The position numbers and the translations under genes are program-made. Shown piece by piece: positions 19,542 through 27,429 of a DNA stretch of 64,000 nt. The notes below the pieces were generated by a model. The model made no database searches. It saw only the letters and a list, made by a program, of their open reading frames with translations, and was not told where the DNA came from. Position 1 is the stretch's first letter. Every line of letters begins with the position of its first letter. This DNA comes from a virus. The stretch lies in IMG/VR virus record IMGVR_UViG_3300036766_001793, positions 32,001 to 96,000 of that record; one strand, given 5' to 3'.

Positions 19542-20546
19542 TTAGATCGGTACCGCCACGATGTCGGCGGCGGTGTCTGTGACCTTGTTGCGCCACACGT
19601 CGCCGGTCGAGGGCTTGTACCCCTTGGCGACGGTCACGTTCCCCACGGCGTCGGCGAAGATGTTCCCCGTCACGTGGTTGCCAGTGGCAGGGTCCACCGT
19701 GTAGGCGAGGTTGACGGTGACTGGGTGGGCGGAGACGTGGTAGGCGGTCATGAACCGGTTGTCCGCCACCACGCACCGACTGCCATTGAAGGCGACGTCG
19801 TTCGTGTTGCCGTCGAAGACGCACCTGCGGATGGTGTTCCTGAGCGGCGCCGCTATGGACACGTTCGTGGCCACGATGGCGGATACCAGCTGGGCGAACT
19901 CGCAGTCCTCCACGAGGTAGTGGTGGTTGCCGCCGTAGTCCTCGATGCCGATGCCGCCGGCGGAGCCGAAGGCTACGTTCCCGATGAACTTGCAGCCTCC
20001 CACGATGAAGTGGCTGGAGTCCGGGTGCGCCGCGTCCTCGGCCCTCCAGGCCTTGATAGCGGAGTAGCCGGTCTGCGGCACGAAGAGGATGTTGCGGAAC
20101 TCCCAGCCCTGCTCGTGGATGATGACGAGCGGGGCGTTCCCGGCGACCGCGGCCTGCTTCCAGCGCGCGCCGTCGTCGTGGCGCGGGCGGCCGCCGGCGT
20201 AGCCGATGACCTTCACGCCCTGCACCCCGAGGGGCGCCGAGATCTGCTCGGCGACGACGCCCTTGACGTAGACGGTGCCGTTGTCGGCGACCGCCGCGAA
20301 GGCGGCGGCCATGGTCTGGAGGGCCGTCTCCGGGCTGACCCCTGAGTGCAGGTCGCTCCCGGAGACGGTGTCCACCCAGAGGACGTTCGGCTGCGAGAAG
20401 AGCCGGGCGAAGTTGAAGGCCAGGCCGTCGCGGACGCCCATCCTCGTCACGTAGAAGAAGGCCTCGGGGATGCCCTGGTCCTGGACCCCGTAAACCTCGA
20501 TAGGCTTGATGCCAGCCACGCTGTCGTAGTCTATGCTCGAGACCAT
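19542..20546 (-). CDS. right-handed beta-helix (pectin-lyase-like) virion protein, possible head spike
   Basis: WVDTVSGSD..G.SPETALQT N-cap; repeated (V/I)xxCxF and NxF rungs. Confidence 0.7.
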   Translation of the reverse strand: MVSSIDYDSVAGIKPIEVYGVQDQGIPEAFFYVTRMGVRDGLAFNFARLFSQPNVLWVDTVSGSDLHSGVSPETALQTMAAAFAAVADNGTVYVKGVVAEQISAPLGVQGVKVIGYAGGRPRHDDGARWKQAAVAGNAPLVIIHEQGWEFRNILFVPQTGYSAIKAWRAEDAAHPDSSHFIVGGCKFIGNVAFGSAGGIGIEDYGGNHHYLVEDCEFAQLVSAIVATNVSIAAPLRNTIRRCVFDGNTNDVAFNGSRCVVADNRFMTAYHVSAHPVTVNLAYTVDPATGNHVTGNIFADAVGNVTVAKGYKPSTGDVWRNKVTDTAADIVAVPI

Positions 20547-20629
20547 GTCCCCTCATCCCCCCGGTTGGCTGGCCCGCTGGCCCTTCTCGGCCGCGAGCGC
20601 TTTTGCGTCTGTCTGACGGTCAGTACCTG

Positions 20630-21100
20630 CTAGATGCCGTCGTCGTATGACCCGTACGTGTGCGCCCTGGCGTTCTGGTCGTAGACGGGGATGTCCACCC
20701 CGACCCTGACGGAGATGGACCCCGGGGCGGCGGCGTTGTCGCCCGGGAACACCCCCACGACCGTGACCGGGGTCCCGGCCGGGATCCTGCGGTTGGCGGC
20801 TGTGACGCTCACGGCGGTCGGCACCTGGAGGACGAAGCCGTCCGGGTCTATCTGCGTGCAGACCTTCACCGCGCCGGAGACCGTCCCCTTGTAGAGGTCG
20901 ACCGTGTTGGACGTGCCCGCGGGGGCGGCCCCGACGGTGACCTCGATGTCCATGACGTCGACGTCCACCTCCCACGGCCCGAGGACGTGGATGTAGGTGC
21001 CGCTCCCGGCGAGGGCGTCTACCAAGTTGGCCTGGCCGAACCTGAGGGCCTCGACGCCCTTGCCGACCTCGGACCTCACCCTGTTCCTGGGGGTGCTCAT
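20630..21100 (-). CDS. probable capsid decoration/cement protein
   Basis: small beta-rich protein, AGGAG SD, first gene of the neck/tail operon. Confidence 0.55.
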   Translation of the reverse strand: MSTPRNRVRSEVGKGVEALRFGQANLVDALAGSGTYIHVLGPWEVDVDVMDIEVTVGAAPAGTSNTVDLYKGTVSGAVKVCTQIDPDGFVLQVPTAVSVTAANRRIPAGTPVTVVGVFPGDNAAAPGSISVRVGVDIPVYDQNARAHTYGSYDDGI

Positions 21101-21221
21101 CTCTGCATTCTCCTACGCCATTGCCTCTTTCGCCGCCTGCCGGCGGCCGGGCTATGGGACTCCCGTAGGTTACACCTTGCGGCGCCCGAGGGCGGGAAAA
21201 AGCCCGCGGGCCGAAGAAAAG

Positions 21222-21428
21222 TCACCGTTCCGCGGAGGGGCGGCCCGGCGGAAGCCCGCGGCAGCGGCAGACCAGGTAGCGCCCGCCCTCCCCGCCCGCC
21301 CAGTGGGCGTGGCCGAACGGCTCGTACCCGTGCCTGAACCGCGGGTCCCGGCAGCTGGAGCAGTGGCGCGGCTCGCCGCGCTGGCCAGGGTGGTGCCAGA
21401 AGGAGCCCTCCACCGCCTCACTCGGCAT
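21222..21428 (-). CDS. small Cys/His-rich protein
   Basis: CSSC...H...CRC. Confidence 0.45.
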   Translation of the reverse strand: MPSEAVEGSFWHHPGQRGEPRHCSSCRDPRFRHGYEPFGHAHWAGGEGGRYLVCRCRGLPPGRPSAER

Positions 21429-21675
21429 CGGCCAGCTCCGCCAAGACCTCAGCGTGGCAGGTCTCCGGGGCGCACCAGCACCCGAGCACCAGGCCCTTCA
21501 GCTCGTGCAGGCTGGCCACCAGATCAGGCTGCTGGACCACCCACGCCCGGTACTTCCCGATGACCTCCTCGCGCGTCCCGTCCCTGCCGATGGAGAATGG
21601 GTTGCCCCACCTCGAGGGCCTCCCAACGTACACGTCGTAGAGCCTGGCCCTCTTGACATTCACGACCTCAGTCAA
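21418..21675 (-). CDS. DUF4326 family protein
   Basis: YDVYVGRPSRWGNPF...LGCWCAPETCHAEVL signature; start uncertain (21675 or 21696). Confidence 0.85.
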   Translation of the reverse strand: MTEVVNVKRARLYDVYVGRPSRWGNPFSIGRDGTREEVIGKYRAWVVQQPDLVASLHELKGLVLGCWCAPETCHAEVLAELADAE

Positions 21676-21689
21676 CCCATTGGCCCCTC

Positions 21690-22028
21690 TCAGCATGTGA
21701 TGCACCAGCCCCTCGCGGTCGCCCGCCCGCACCGTGGGCAGGCCCGGTTCGTGACGGACTCCCACGCCGTCGGCTTGTACCGCGGTGGCCCGGGCCTCCT
21801 CGTGGCTCCCGCATCGGCCTCCCCAGCGCCCCGCATCACCTGCCCCTCGGTCATCCCCAGCTCGGCGCCCATCCTGACCACGGACTCCCTAGTGACGTAC
21901 GCAGCCCGATCCACCCTGACGACGGTCAGCTTGTCGTCCCTCATCCATTTCTGGACGGTCCTCCCGGAGGTGAACAGGCGCCTGCAGACCTCGGCGGTGG
22001 TCATCATCTCGTCGGCGGCCTGCGTCAT
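21690..22028 (-). CDS. excisionase/MerR-like HTH DNA-binding protein with C-terminal Zn ribbon
   Basis: MTTAEVCRRLFTSGRTVQKWMRDDKL; CPRC...CITC. Confidence 0.7.
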   Translation of the reverse strand: MTQAADEMMTTAEVCRRLFTSGRTVQKWMRDDKLTVVRVDRAAYVTRESVVRMGAELGMTEGQVMRGAGEADAGATRRPGPPRYKPTAWESVTNRACPRCGRATARGWCITC

Positions 22029-22462
22029 GGCCCGCCGCCGGCGCCGCCGCCCCTGTTGAAGAGGACCACCTCGCCGACCACGTCCAGGCCCCTCTCCAGG
22101 CATGCGGCCCTCAGCTCGGAGAGCGTTCGCCCGGTCGTCCTGACGTCGTCGAGGAGGACGACCCTGGTGCCGGCTGGCGGCCGCGGGCTCCACTCCACGC
22201 CGTGGCCCTTCGGGTTCCACAGGTATCCGGTCCCGACGGTGGCTAGCATGATGGCGCCGCCGGTGCCGGTGGCCACCGGGAGGGCAGGGCCGAACGCGGA
22301 GATCTTCCGGTGCAGGAACTTCCTGAATGTCTCCGGGTGCTCCAGCATCGCGGCCCTGCAGTCCACGTACGTGCCGGCCCGCAGGCCGGAGCTGAGCCTG
22401 AAGTCCCCCTCGAGTGTGTGCCTCCTCAGGATCTCCAGTATGTCGCTGTCCGTCACGTCCAC
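22025..22462 (-). CDS. orotate phosphoribosyltransferase-like type I PRTase (minimal)
   Basis: GDFRLSSG...YVDCR hood; KGHG; PRPP loop VVLLDDVRTTGRT. Confidence 0.8.
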   Translation of the reverse strand: MDVTDSDILEILRRHTLEGDFRLSSGLRAGTYVDCRAAMLEHPETFRKFLHRKISAFGPALPVATGTGGAIMLATVGTGYLWNPKGHGVEWSPRPPAGTRVVLLDDVRTTGRTLSELRAACLERGLDVVGEVVLFNRGGGAGGGP

Positions 22463-22809
22463 ATTACCACCGTCACTTCCTTCCCCGCCCGCCTGGCCCT
22501 CGCTATGGAGTCCGCGGTGCCGCGGCTCTCCCCGTCCCAGAAGGCTACAAGCCTGTCGCTAGCGTCCACTATCAGCTGGTTCCTGGCGTTGGCGCGGCGT
22601 GCGAACTCGCCCCGGCTCGCCGCGCCCTCGGCGTCGACCCGGTAGATCTCGGTCGCCATCCCCAGCCTCCCGGCCTCCTTCTCCGCCACCGAGTCCACCC
22701 CGAGGGCGCCCCCGCTGACGACCACCGTGCCCGGCTGGAGGCCGCGCACGTACCTCGCCACCTGGGCGAGGTCCCCGAATCCGCGGGAGCCGACGATGCC
22801 TACCTTCAT
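22453..22809 (-). CDS. SLOG superfamily protein (YspA/DUF2493-like)
   Basis: IVGSRGF, VVSGGALGVD, RNQLIVD, AFWDGESRGT. Confidence 0.85.
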   Translation of the reverse strand: MKVGIVGSRGFGDLAQVARYVRGLQPGTVVVSGGALGVDSVAEKEAGRLGMATEIYRVDAEGAASRGEFARRANARNQLIVDASDRLVAFWDGESRGTADSIARARRAGKEVTVVMWT

Positions 22810-22842
22810 GTGCCCTGATAGTACCGGGGCCGCGGGCAAGCG

Positions 22843-22869
22843 AAAGGGGGCCTGTAGCCAGGCCCCCTT
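22843..22869 (-). terminator. intrinsic terminator after holin
   Basis: AAGGGGGCCTG gcta CAGGCCCCCTTT. Confidence 0.65.
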
Positions 22870-22894
22870 GGGGGTGGTCGCCGATCAGTGGACG

Positions 22895-23284
22895 TTAGCC
22901 GGTCTGGCCCGAGACGCCGCTAGATGCGCCGTCCCCCGGGCCTCGCTGGAGGATCTGGCCGGCGAGGCCGGGGATGCTCGTCCCGGCCATGGCGGCGATG
23001 TTGTTGACCACCCCGGCGGCGGATGCGCCGACCGCCAGGGCGTAGACCGCGGCGCTCGCCGTCGGGCTCAGCACGAACGCCGCGCCCCACGCGGCGCCCA
23101 TCCAGAGGCTCTTCTTCGCGATGTCGAACACGCGGCTCCAGTCGAAGGCGTTGCTCTTGAGCGCCAGGAGCACCCCCGTGACGAACTCGAGCGCCAGGAG
23201 GGTGACGAGCCACTGGACCATGGTCGGGTCGTAGGCGGCGAAGATGTCGCCCCACGCCCTGACGGAAGAATCTGCGATGCCCAC
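22895..23284 (-). CDS. holin
   Basis: about three hydrophobic helices; downstream of the endolysin. Confidence 0.7.
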   Translation of the reverse strand: MGIADSSVRAWGDIFAAYDPTMVQWLVTLLALEFVTGVLLALKSNAFDWSRVFDIAKKSLWMGAAWGAAFVLSPTASAAVYALAVGASAAGVVNNIAAMAGTSIPGLAGQILQRGPGDGASSGVSGQTG

Positions 23285-23296
23285 TTTGGGCTCCTT

Positions 23297-23527
23297 CTAC
23301 TCCCTGCGGGAGTCGTTGCTGTTGGTCTCGCTGACCGCGGCCTCGAGGGCCTCGATGAGCCTGCTTATCGTTGCGCCGGTCCCGTAGAGCGGGCCCCCGA
23401 CCGCGATCCTCGTGCCCCTCTCGGCATCACCTCCTTTGATGAACGGGACTATCGAGACCCGCCCTCCCTCGGAGGTCCCCACGAAGAGCCCGCCGCCCTC
23501 CAGCAGGACTTCCGCGGGGAGGCGCAT
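23297..23527 (-). CDS. hypothetical protein in the lysis cassette
   Basis: fills the gap between amidase and holin. Confidence 0.45.
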   Translation of the reverse strand: MRLPAEVLLEGGGLFVGTSEGGRVSIVPFIKGGDAERGTRIAVGGPLYGTGATISRLIEALEAAVSETNSNDSRRE

Positions 23528-23529
23528 CG

Positions 23530-24369
23530 CTACATCAGGTCCGCGGCGCCGGGGTCCGTGGCGACGAGCTGCATGACGCGGCCCCTCTTAACCACGGCCG
23601 CGTTGAGGCTGTCGTCCGCGAGCGCGAGGCCCTCGCCCGGGATGCGCCCGAGCTTGACCAGCTTGTCGTAGACCAGCTTCATGTAGTCGTAGTCGCCCCA
23701 GGCGACCCCGGTGATCTTCTTCTCCTGCGGTGACATCCCGGTGTTCCCCTCCCTGAGGGCCGCGAGCCCCCTGGCGTACCTGTCGCTCGCGCAGGCCGTC
23801 GGGTCGTACCCGTACCTCGCGGCGACCTGCTTGTGCTGGAGGAGGTTGTCCCCCTCCACGAGCCTGAACGGCCGGCCAAGGCGCCTGCTGTTCCATCCCT
23901 CCAACGCCCCGACGTACTCCGTCCAGGTGGCGACCTGGAGGTCGTTCATAGGTTCCCCGAAGTTCTGGGTCCCGTCCGGCAGGTAGCCGCCTCCCTCCAT
24001 CTCCATGGAGAGGAACCGCTCGTTGGCCTCGCTCCCGCCGCTCGTCCAGGTGCTCGAGGTGAGCGGGTACATCTGGATGAGGGTCGCGTAGCCGGCCGTC
24101 ACGGTGTCGAACTTCCTGAGGACCACCTGGACCGAGGCGGCCGCGTAGGGGGTGAACCTGTAGACCCCGTAGGCGGGGTCGTAGTAGGTAGACGTGTCCA
24201 TGAACCTGTTGGGCACGCCGTCCTGGAACTCAGACTCCTGCCCCACGATGGAATGCAGAGCGAACGAGTCCCCGGCGTTCCTGCGGCTGTTCTGCTTTCC
24301 CGGGATGCCTGGGATCTGCACGACCATCGGGCCGTGGACAGTCCCCGCCTCGTCGATCTCTATGGTCAT
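23530..24369 (-). CDS. endolysin, N-acetylmuramoyl-L-alanine amidase (Amidase_2-like)
   Basis: ALHS...SMEMEG...QHK...TAC, a Zn-ligand H/E/H/C pattern. Confidence 0.75.
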   Translation of the reverse strand: MTIEIDEAGTVHGPMVVQIPGIPGKQNSRRNAGDSFALHSIVGQESEFQDGVPNRFMDTSTYYDPAYGVYRFTPYAAASVQVVLRKFDTVTAGYATLIQMYPLTSSTWTSGGSEANERFLSMEMEGGGYLPDGTQNFGEPMNDLQVATWTEYVGALEGWNSRRLGRPFRLVEGDNLLQHKQVAARYGYDPTACASDRYARGLAALREGNTGMSPQEKKITGVAWGDYDYMKLVYDKLVKLGRIPGEGLALADDSLNAAVVKRGRVMQLVATDPGAADLM

Positions 24370-24443
24370 CCCCAACCCCCTGGGCTGATACTAACAGTGC
24401 GCCGGCCAGCCCTCCCGGCGAAACCCTCGCGGCCGCCCGCCGG

Positions 24444-24665
24444 TCAGACGGCCTTCTGGCCATGGTACACAGCTGAGGCGATGTGGAGTGCGGCGGCGGC
24501 CGACAGCAGGGCGGTGGCGGCGACCTTCGCGGCGAGGCGCCTGGCCCTCAGGACATCGGAGACGACCACGTAGACGGCGACCCCGGCAGCCGCCATGTGG
24601 AGGGCCGCCCAGGCGGCCTGGAACTGCCTGCCGGGCGGCATGCTCACCCTGGGGAGATGGCCCAC
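24444..24665 (-). CDS. small two-helix membrane protein (possible lysis accessory)
   Basis: two hydrophobic segments; upstream of the endolysin. Confidence 0.55.
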   Translation of the reverse strand: MGHLPRVSMPPGRQFQAAWAALHMAAAGVAVYVVVSDVLRARRLAAKVAATALLSAAAALHIASAVYHGQKAV

Positions 24666-24721
24666 CTGGCGCCCCCTGCTCCTGGCCTATAGGCCACACT
24701 CTAGGCCTGGCCGCCCGGACG

Positions 24722-24771
24722 ACAAAGCCCCGCCTAGCGGGGCCCTGCCGAGCTGGAGAGGTACTGCCAGC
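24722..24771 (-). ncRNA. putative ~50-nt small RNA
   Basis: TAAGAT -10 box at 24778-24783; GCTGG/CCAGC hairpin with ACCTCT in the loop; GCCCCGC/GCGGGGC-TTT terminator. Confidence 0.35.
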
Positions 24772-24788
24772 GGGGTGATCTTACGCCG

Positions 24789-24977
24789 CTAGATGGCCGG
24801 TGGGGCCCCGACGACCGCCACGTACCGCTCCCTGGTCCCGTGGATCTCCTGGACGACGAGGGGCCCGGGCTCGCTGGGGAGGAAGGCCGCCTGCCCCACG
24901 TAGGGCATCCTGTAGGGGTAGTTCGCTTCCCGGCGGAGCACCTCGCCGGTGGTCGTCTGGTAGACTAGCTCCGTCAT
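24789..24977 (-). CDS. hypothetical protein
   Basis: ATGA-coupled; GGAGG upstream. Confidence 0.55.
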   Translation of the reverse strand: MTELVYQTTTGEVLRREANYPYRMPYVGQAAFLPSEPGPLVVQEIHGTRERYVAVVGAPPAI

Positions 24978-25210
24978 CGCTGGGGCGCCTCCGCGGATGT
25001 GGGTTGCTGTCCATCGTACCGCGCGCCGCCCCCCGGCGCCACCCGGCCCCTGATCGCCTCCAGCTCCGCCGGGACGGTCCCGGTGTAGATCCGCGGGTAC
25101 TGCCAGGCCGGGTCGTGGACGTTCCACGGGGACGGGGAGACCGCCTCCTTCGCCACGGCGTAGCACAGGTAGGCGGCGACCGCCAGCTTGGCCTTAGTCC
25201 TGCCGGACAC
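24974..25210 (-). CDS. hypothetical protein
   Basis: tightly packed ORF. Confidence 0.5.
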   Translation of the reverse strand: MSGRTKAKLAVAAYLCYAVAKEAVSPSPWNVHDPAWQYPRIYTGTVPAELEAIRGRVAPGGGARYDGQQPTSAEAPQR

Positions 25211-25212
25211 GC

Positions 25213-25404
25213 CTAGTGGCCGGCGGTCGGCCAGGGCTCGAAGGCCTCCGGCGCCGGGGCGTAGCCGACGTTGTGCCCGGACGCGCCGCAGGCGCAGCGC
25301 CGCGTCACGAAGCGCCCGCGCGCCTCGTAGTCCCGGGCGGTCGCGGGGTCCCCGTTGGCGGCAGAGTAGGCGTAGCGGTGCTTGTGGAGGGTGCGCGATA
25401 GCAT
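25213..25404 (-). CDS. small HxH...CxCG Zn-binding protein
   Basis: AGGAG SD; HKH...RRCACG. Confidence 0.55.
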   Translation of the reverse strand: MLSRTLHKHRYAYSAANGDPATARDYEARGRFVTRRCACGASGHNVGYAPAPEAFEPWPTAGH

Positions 25405-25429
25405 GCTGGCTCCTAGAGGGTTGGTGAGC

Positions 25430-25642
25430 CTATGTTACCGCATTCAGTACCATCTGTATGCTGCCGGAACCGCTTCCTGCGCGGATCATGCGCTCCACCA
25501 CGTCGTCGTCCAGCTCGGCCTCCACCCAGCCCTTCGCGGTCACCCCGACGACGGTGCCGACCCTCTCGCCGTTCAGGTTCACCGGGCAGCCCGGGACGAG
25601 CGGCACGGAGCCATAGACGCTCATGTCGAACCTGGCCCGCAT
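25430..25642 (-). CDS. hypothetical protein
   Basis: AGGAGG SD before ATG 25642. Confidence 0.55.
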   Translation of the reverse strand: MRARFDMSVYGSVPLVPGCPVNLNGERVGTVVGVTAKGWVEAELDDDVVERMIRAGSGSGSIQMVLNAVT

Positions 25643-25704
25643 GGGAGGCCTCCTGAATGGACGGTCGGCGGCGGGGCCCTGGTCGCCCCGCCGCCGCCGC
25701 GCCC

Positions 25705-26202
25705 TTATCTTACCGGGCGGCGCGCCCCTCTGATCCAGTCCTCGAGCCTTCTGGCCTCGTCGGACTTGGCGGCCTGGAACTCTGCCCTGGTCATGAGCGG
25801 CCTGGCGTCCTGGTCGAGCTCCTGGACCCCGTAGTCCCGCACGAGCCTGCGGACGCGGTCCCACCTAGCGCCCTCGGGCCTGGCGGCGCTCGGCTCGATC
25901 GCCCTGTACCCGAGCCCCCTGAGGAACCCGTAGGCGAGCCCGGCGGCCCTGGCCTCAGGTCGGACCTCGGCCCGGCGGTGGGCGCGGAGCCCGGCGCGCC
26001 AGCGCCAGTGCCTGTAGTCGACCCTGGGCCTCTTCCTGGTCCCGTAGGGCTTCCCGTCCACGACGGTCGGCTCCGGCCTCGCGTCGGCCTCCGTGGGCCT
26101 CCTGGAGCGGCCCTGGCCCTCCATCCGCCGGATGGTGCGCGCCTCGTCCCCGAGCGAGATGATCTTCACCTTGAGGTAGACCCTCTGGTCCCTGACTTCC
26201 AC
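25705..26202 (-). CDS. basic phage hypothetical protein
   Basis: LKVKIISLGDEARTIR...HRR.EVR.EARAA.LAYGFLRG..Y..IE pattern that I recognise from large phages. Confidence 0.7.
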   Translation of the reverse strand: MEVRDQRVYLKVKIISLGDEARTIRRMEGQGRSRRPTEADARPEPTVVDGKPYGTRKRPRVDYRHWRWRAGLRAHRRAEVRPEARAAGLAYGFLRGLGYRAIEPSAARPEGARWDRVRRLVRDYGVQELDQDARPLMTRAEFQAAKSDEARRLEDWIRGARRPVR

Positions 26203-26503
26203 TTCTGCTGTCTCCTTGCTTGGCCGGTCGTCGACGACTGTTGTTCAGCAAGGGGACGGGGGCGGCCTACCGGTGTATTCAGCCGAACGCCGAGGCGGCC
26301 AGGCACATCGGGGTGTGGCGGCCCCTGAGGGACCGCGCCCACTCCGCCTTGTCCCTACTGCCCCGCGGCGCCGGGACGAACCTTGGGCGCCTCGGCAGCG
26401 GGCGGCCGGTAAAGGACTCTTCGGTCACGATGTGCGCGATCTCGCCGTCCGTCAGGCCCATCTCTTTCAGATCCTTCAGCATGCCTGCCCCCATCATATC
26501 GTG

Positions 26504-26580
26504 TGGAGCGCGCGGGGGGACTCGAACCCCCGGCGGCGCGGGGTTGAAATCCCGCCGCTCTGCCCCTGAGCTACGCGCGC
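26504..26580 (-). tRNA. atypical tRNA: Gly-type acceptor, 8-nt anticodon loop AUUUCAAC (UCA or UUC/UUCA)
   Basis: GCGCGCG/CGCGCGC-U-CCA, D stem GCTC/GAGC, AC stem GCGGG/CCCGC, T arm GGGGG-TTCGAGT-CCCCC. Confidence 0.85.
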
Positions 26581-26589
26581 GGTCCCATG

Positions 26590-26862
26590 TTACCGCGGCG
26601 CGCCGCCGTCGCGGAGCGCGCCCAGCCCGGAGGCGACCTCCAGGCCGCCTGCCTCCTCGGCGTCCGATATGAAGTTGTCCACGGAGCTGGACGCGGAGAT
26701 GGGGCCGCCCCCCGCCGCCTCGAGGGCGGCGCGGTAGTCGGCGACCGGGTCGCCGGTGGAGAACCTCGCGGGGGCGGCCCAGAGGTCCCTGGCCTCGGAG
26801 AGCTCCACGGCCCTGTACGTGCCGGGGTGGAACTCGTCGTAGTCTATCCCGATGATCTTCAT
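26590..26862 (-). CDS. hypothetical protein coupled to Fic
   Basis: ATGA overlap with the Fic stop; MKIIGIDYDEF... Confidence 0.6.
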   Translation of the reverse strand: MKIIGIDYDEFHPGTYRAVELSEARDLWAAPARFSTGDPVADYRAALEAAGGGPISASSSVDNFISDAEEAGGLEVASGLGALRDGGAPR

Positions 26863-27401
26863 CTCCCTCTCCTCCCTGGTGGTCGCGCCGCGTTCTGCGC
26901 CTCCCACTCCTCGATGCTCCGGTAGTAGGCGAACCTGTCCTCGTACCGCACGGTGAGCCACCGGAGCCCCACGGTGAGCCTGAGGGCGTTCATCCACAGC
27001 CTCCCCGTCCTGCCGTTGCCGTCCCAGAAGGGGTGGACCCACTCCAGCCTGTGGTGCATGCCCCAGCACCACCCCTCCGGGTCCTCGGGCACGGCCGCCG
27101 CCGCCGCCGCGAGCAGGGCCGGGAACTCGCCCCTGACCTCGGCCGGGCCCATCTTCAGGCGGCCGCCGACCGACACGCCGACCTGCCTGAGCTCGCCCGG
27201 GAACTTCCCGGGCTGCGAGGCCATCAGCCTCCTGTGGATCCCCAGCGGGTCCAGCCACTCCTCCGGTCGGGCCGCTACGCCCCTGGCCACGGAGAGGTGG
27301 TCGTCGTACAGCGGGTGCCCCGGCGCGTCCGGCTCGCCCTCTATCCGGTTGGACTGGGCGACGAACTCGGCGAGGTCGGCGTCAGGCGTCTGTCTCTGCA
27401 T
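26859..27401 (-). CDS. Fic domain protein (AMP transferase)
   Basis: HPFWDGNGRTGR catalytic motif; SNRIEG autoinhibitory motif; TACGAT-N6-ATG. Confidence 0.92.
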   Translation of the reverse strand: MQRQTPDADLAEFVAQSNRIEGEPDAPGHPLYDDHLSVARGVAARPEEWLDPLGIHRRLMASQPGKFPGELRQVGVSVGGRLKMGPAEVRGEFPALLAAAAAAVPEDPEGWCWGMHHRLEWVHPFWDGNGRTGRLWMNALRLTVGLRWLTVRYEDRFAYYRSIEEWEAQNAARPPGRRGR

Positions 27402-27429
27402 GCTGCCATCGTACCGTGGCGCCCGGCGC

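Noticed and set aside
21690-22028. Excisionase as evidence of a prophage or integration module
   Set aside because: No integrase, att site or host genes in the window; the HTH alone is insufficient.
26504-26580. tRNA-Sec or ordinary tRNA-Glu(UUC)
   Set aside because: There is no long variable arm or extended acceptor for Sec; the Glu fold needs two stem mismatches and conflicts with U73 and the GCG acceptor.
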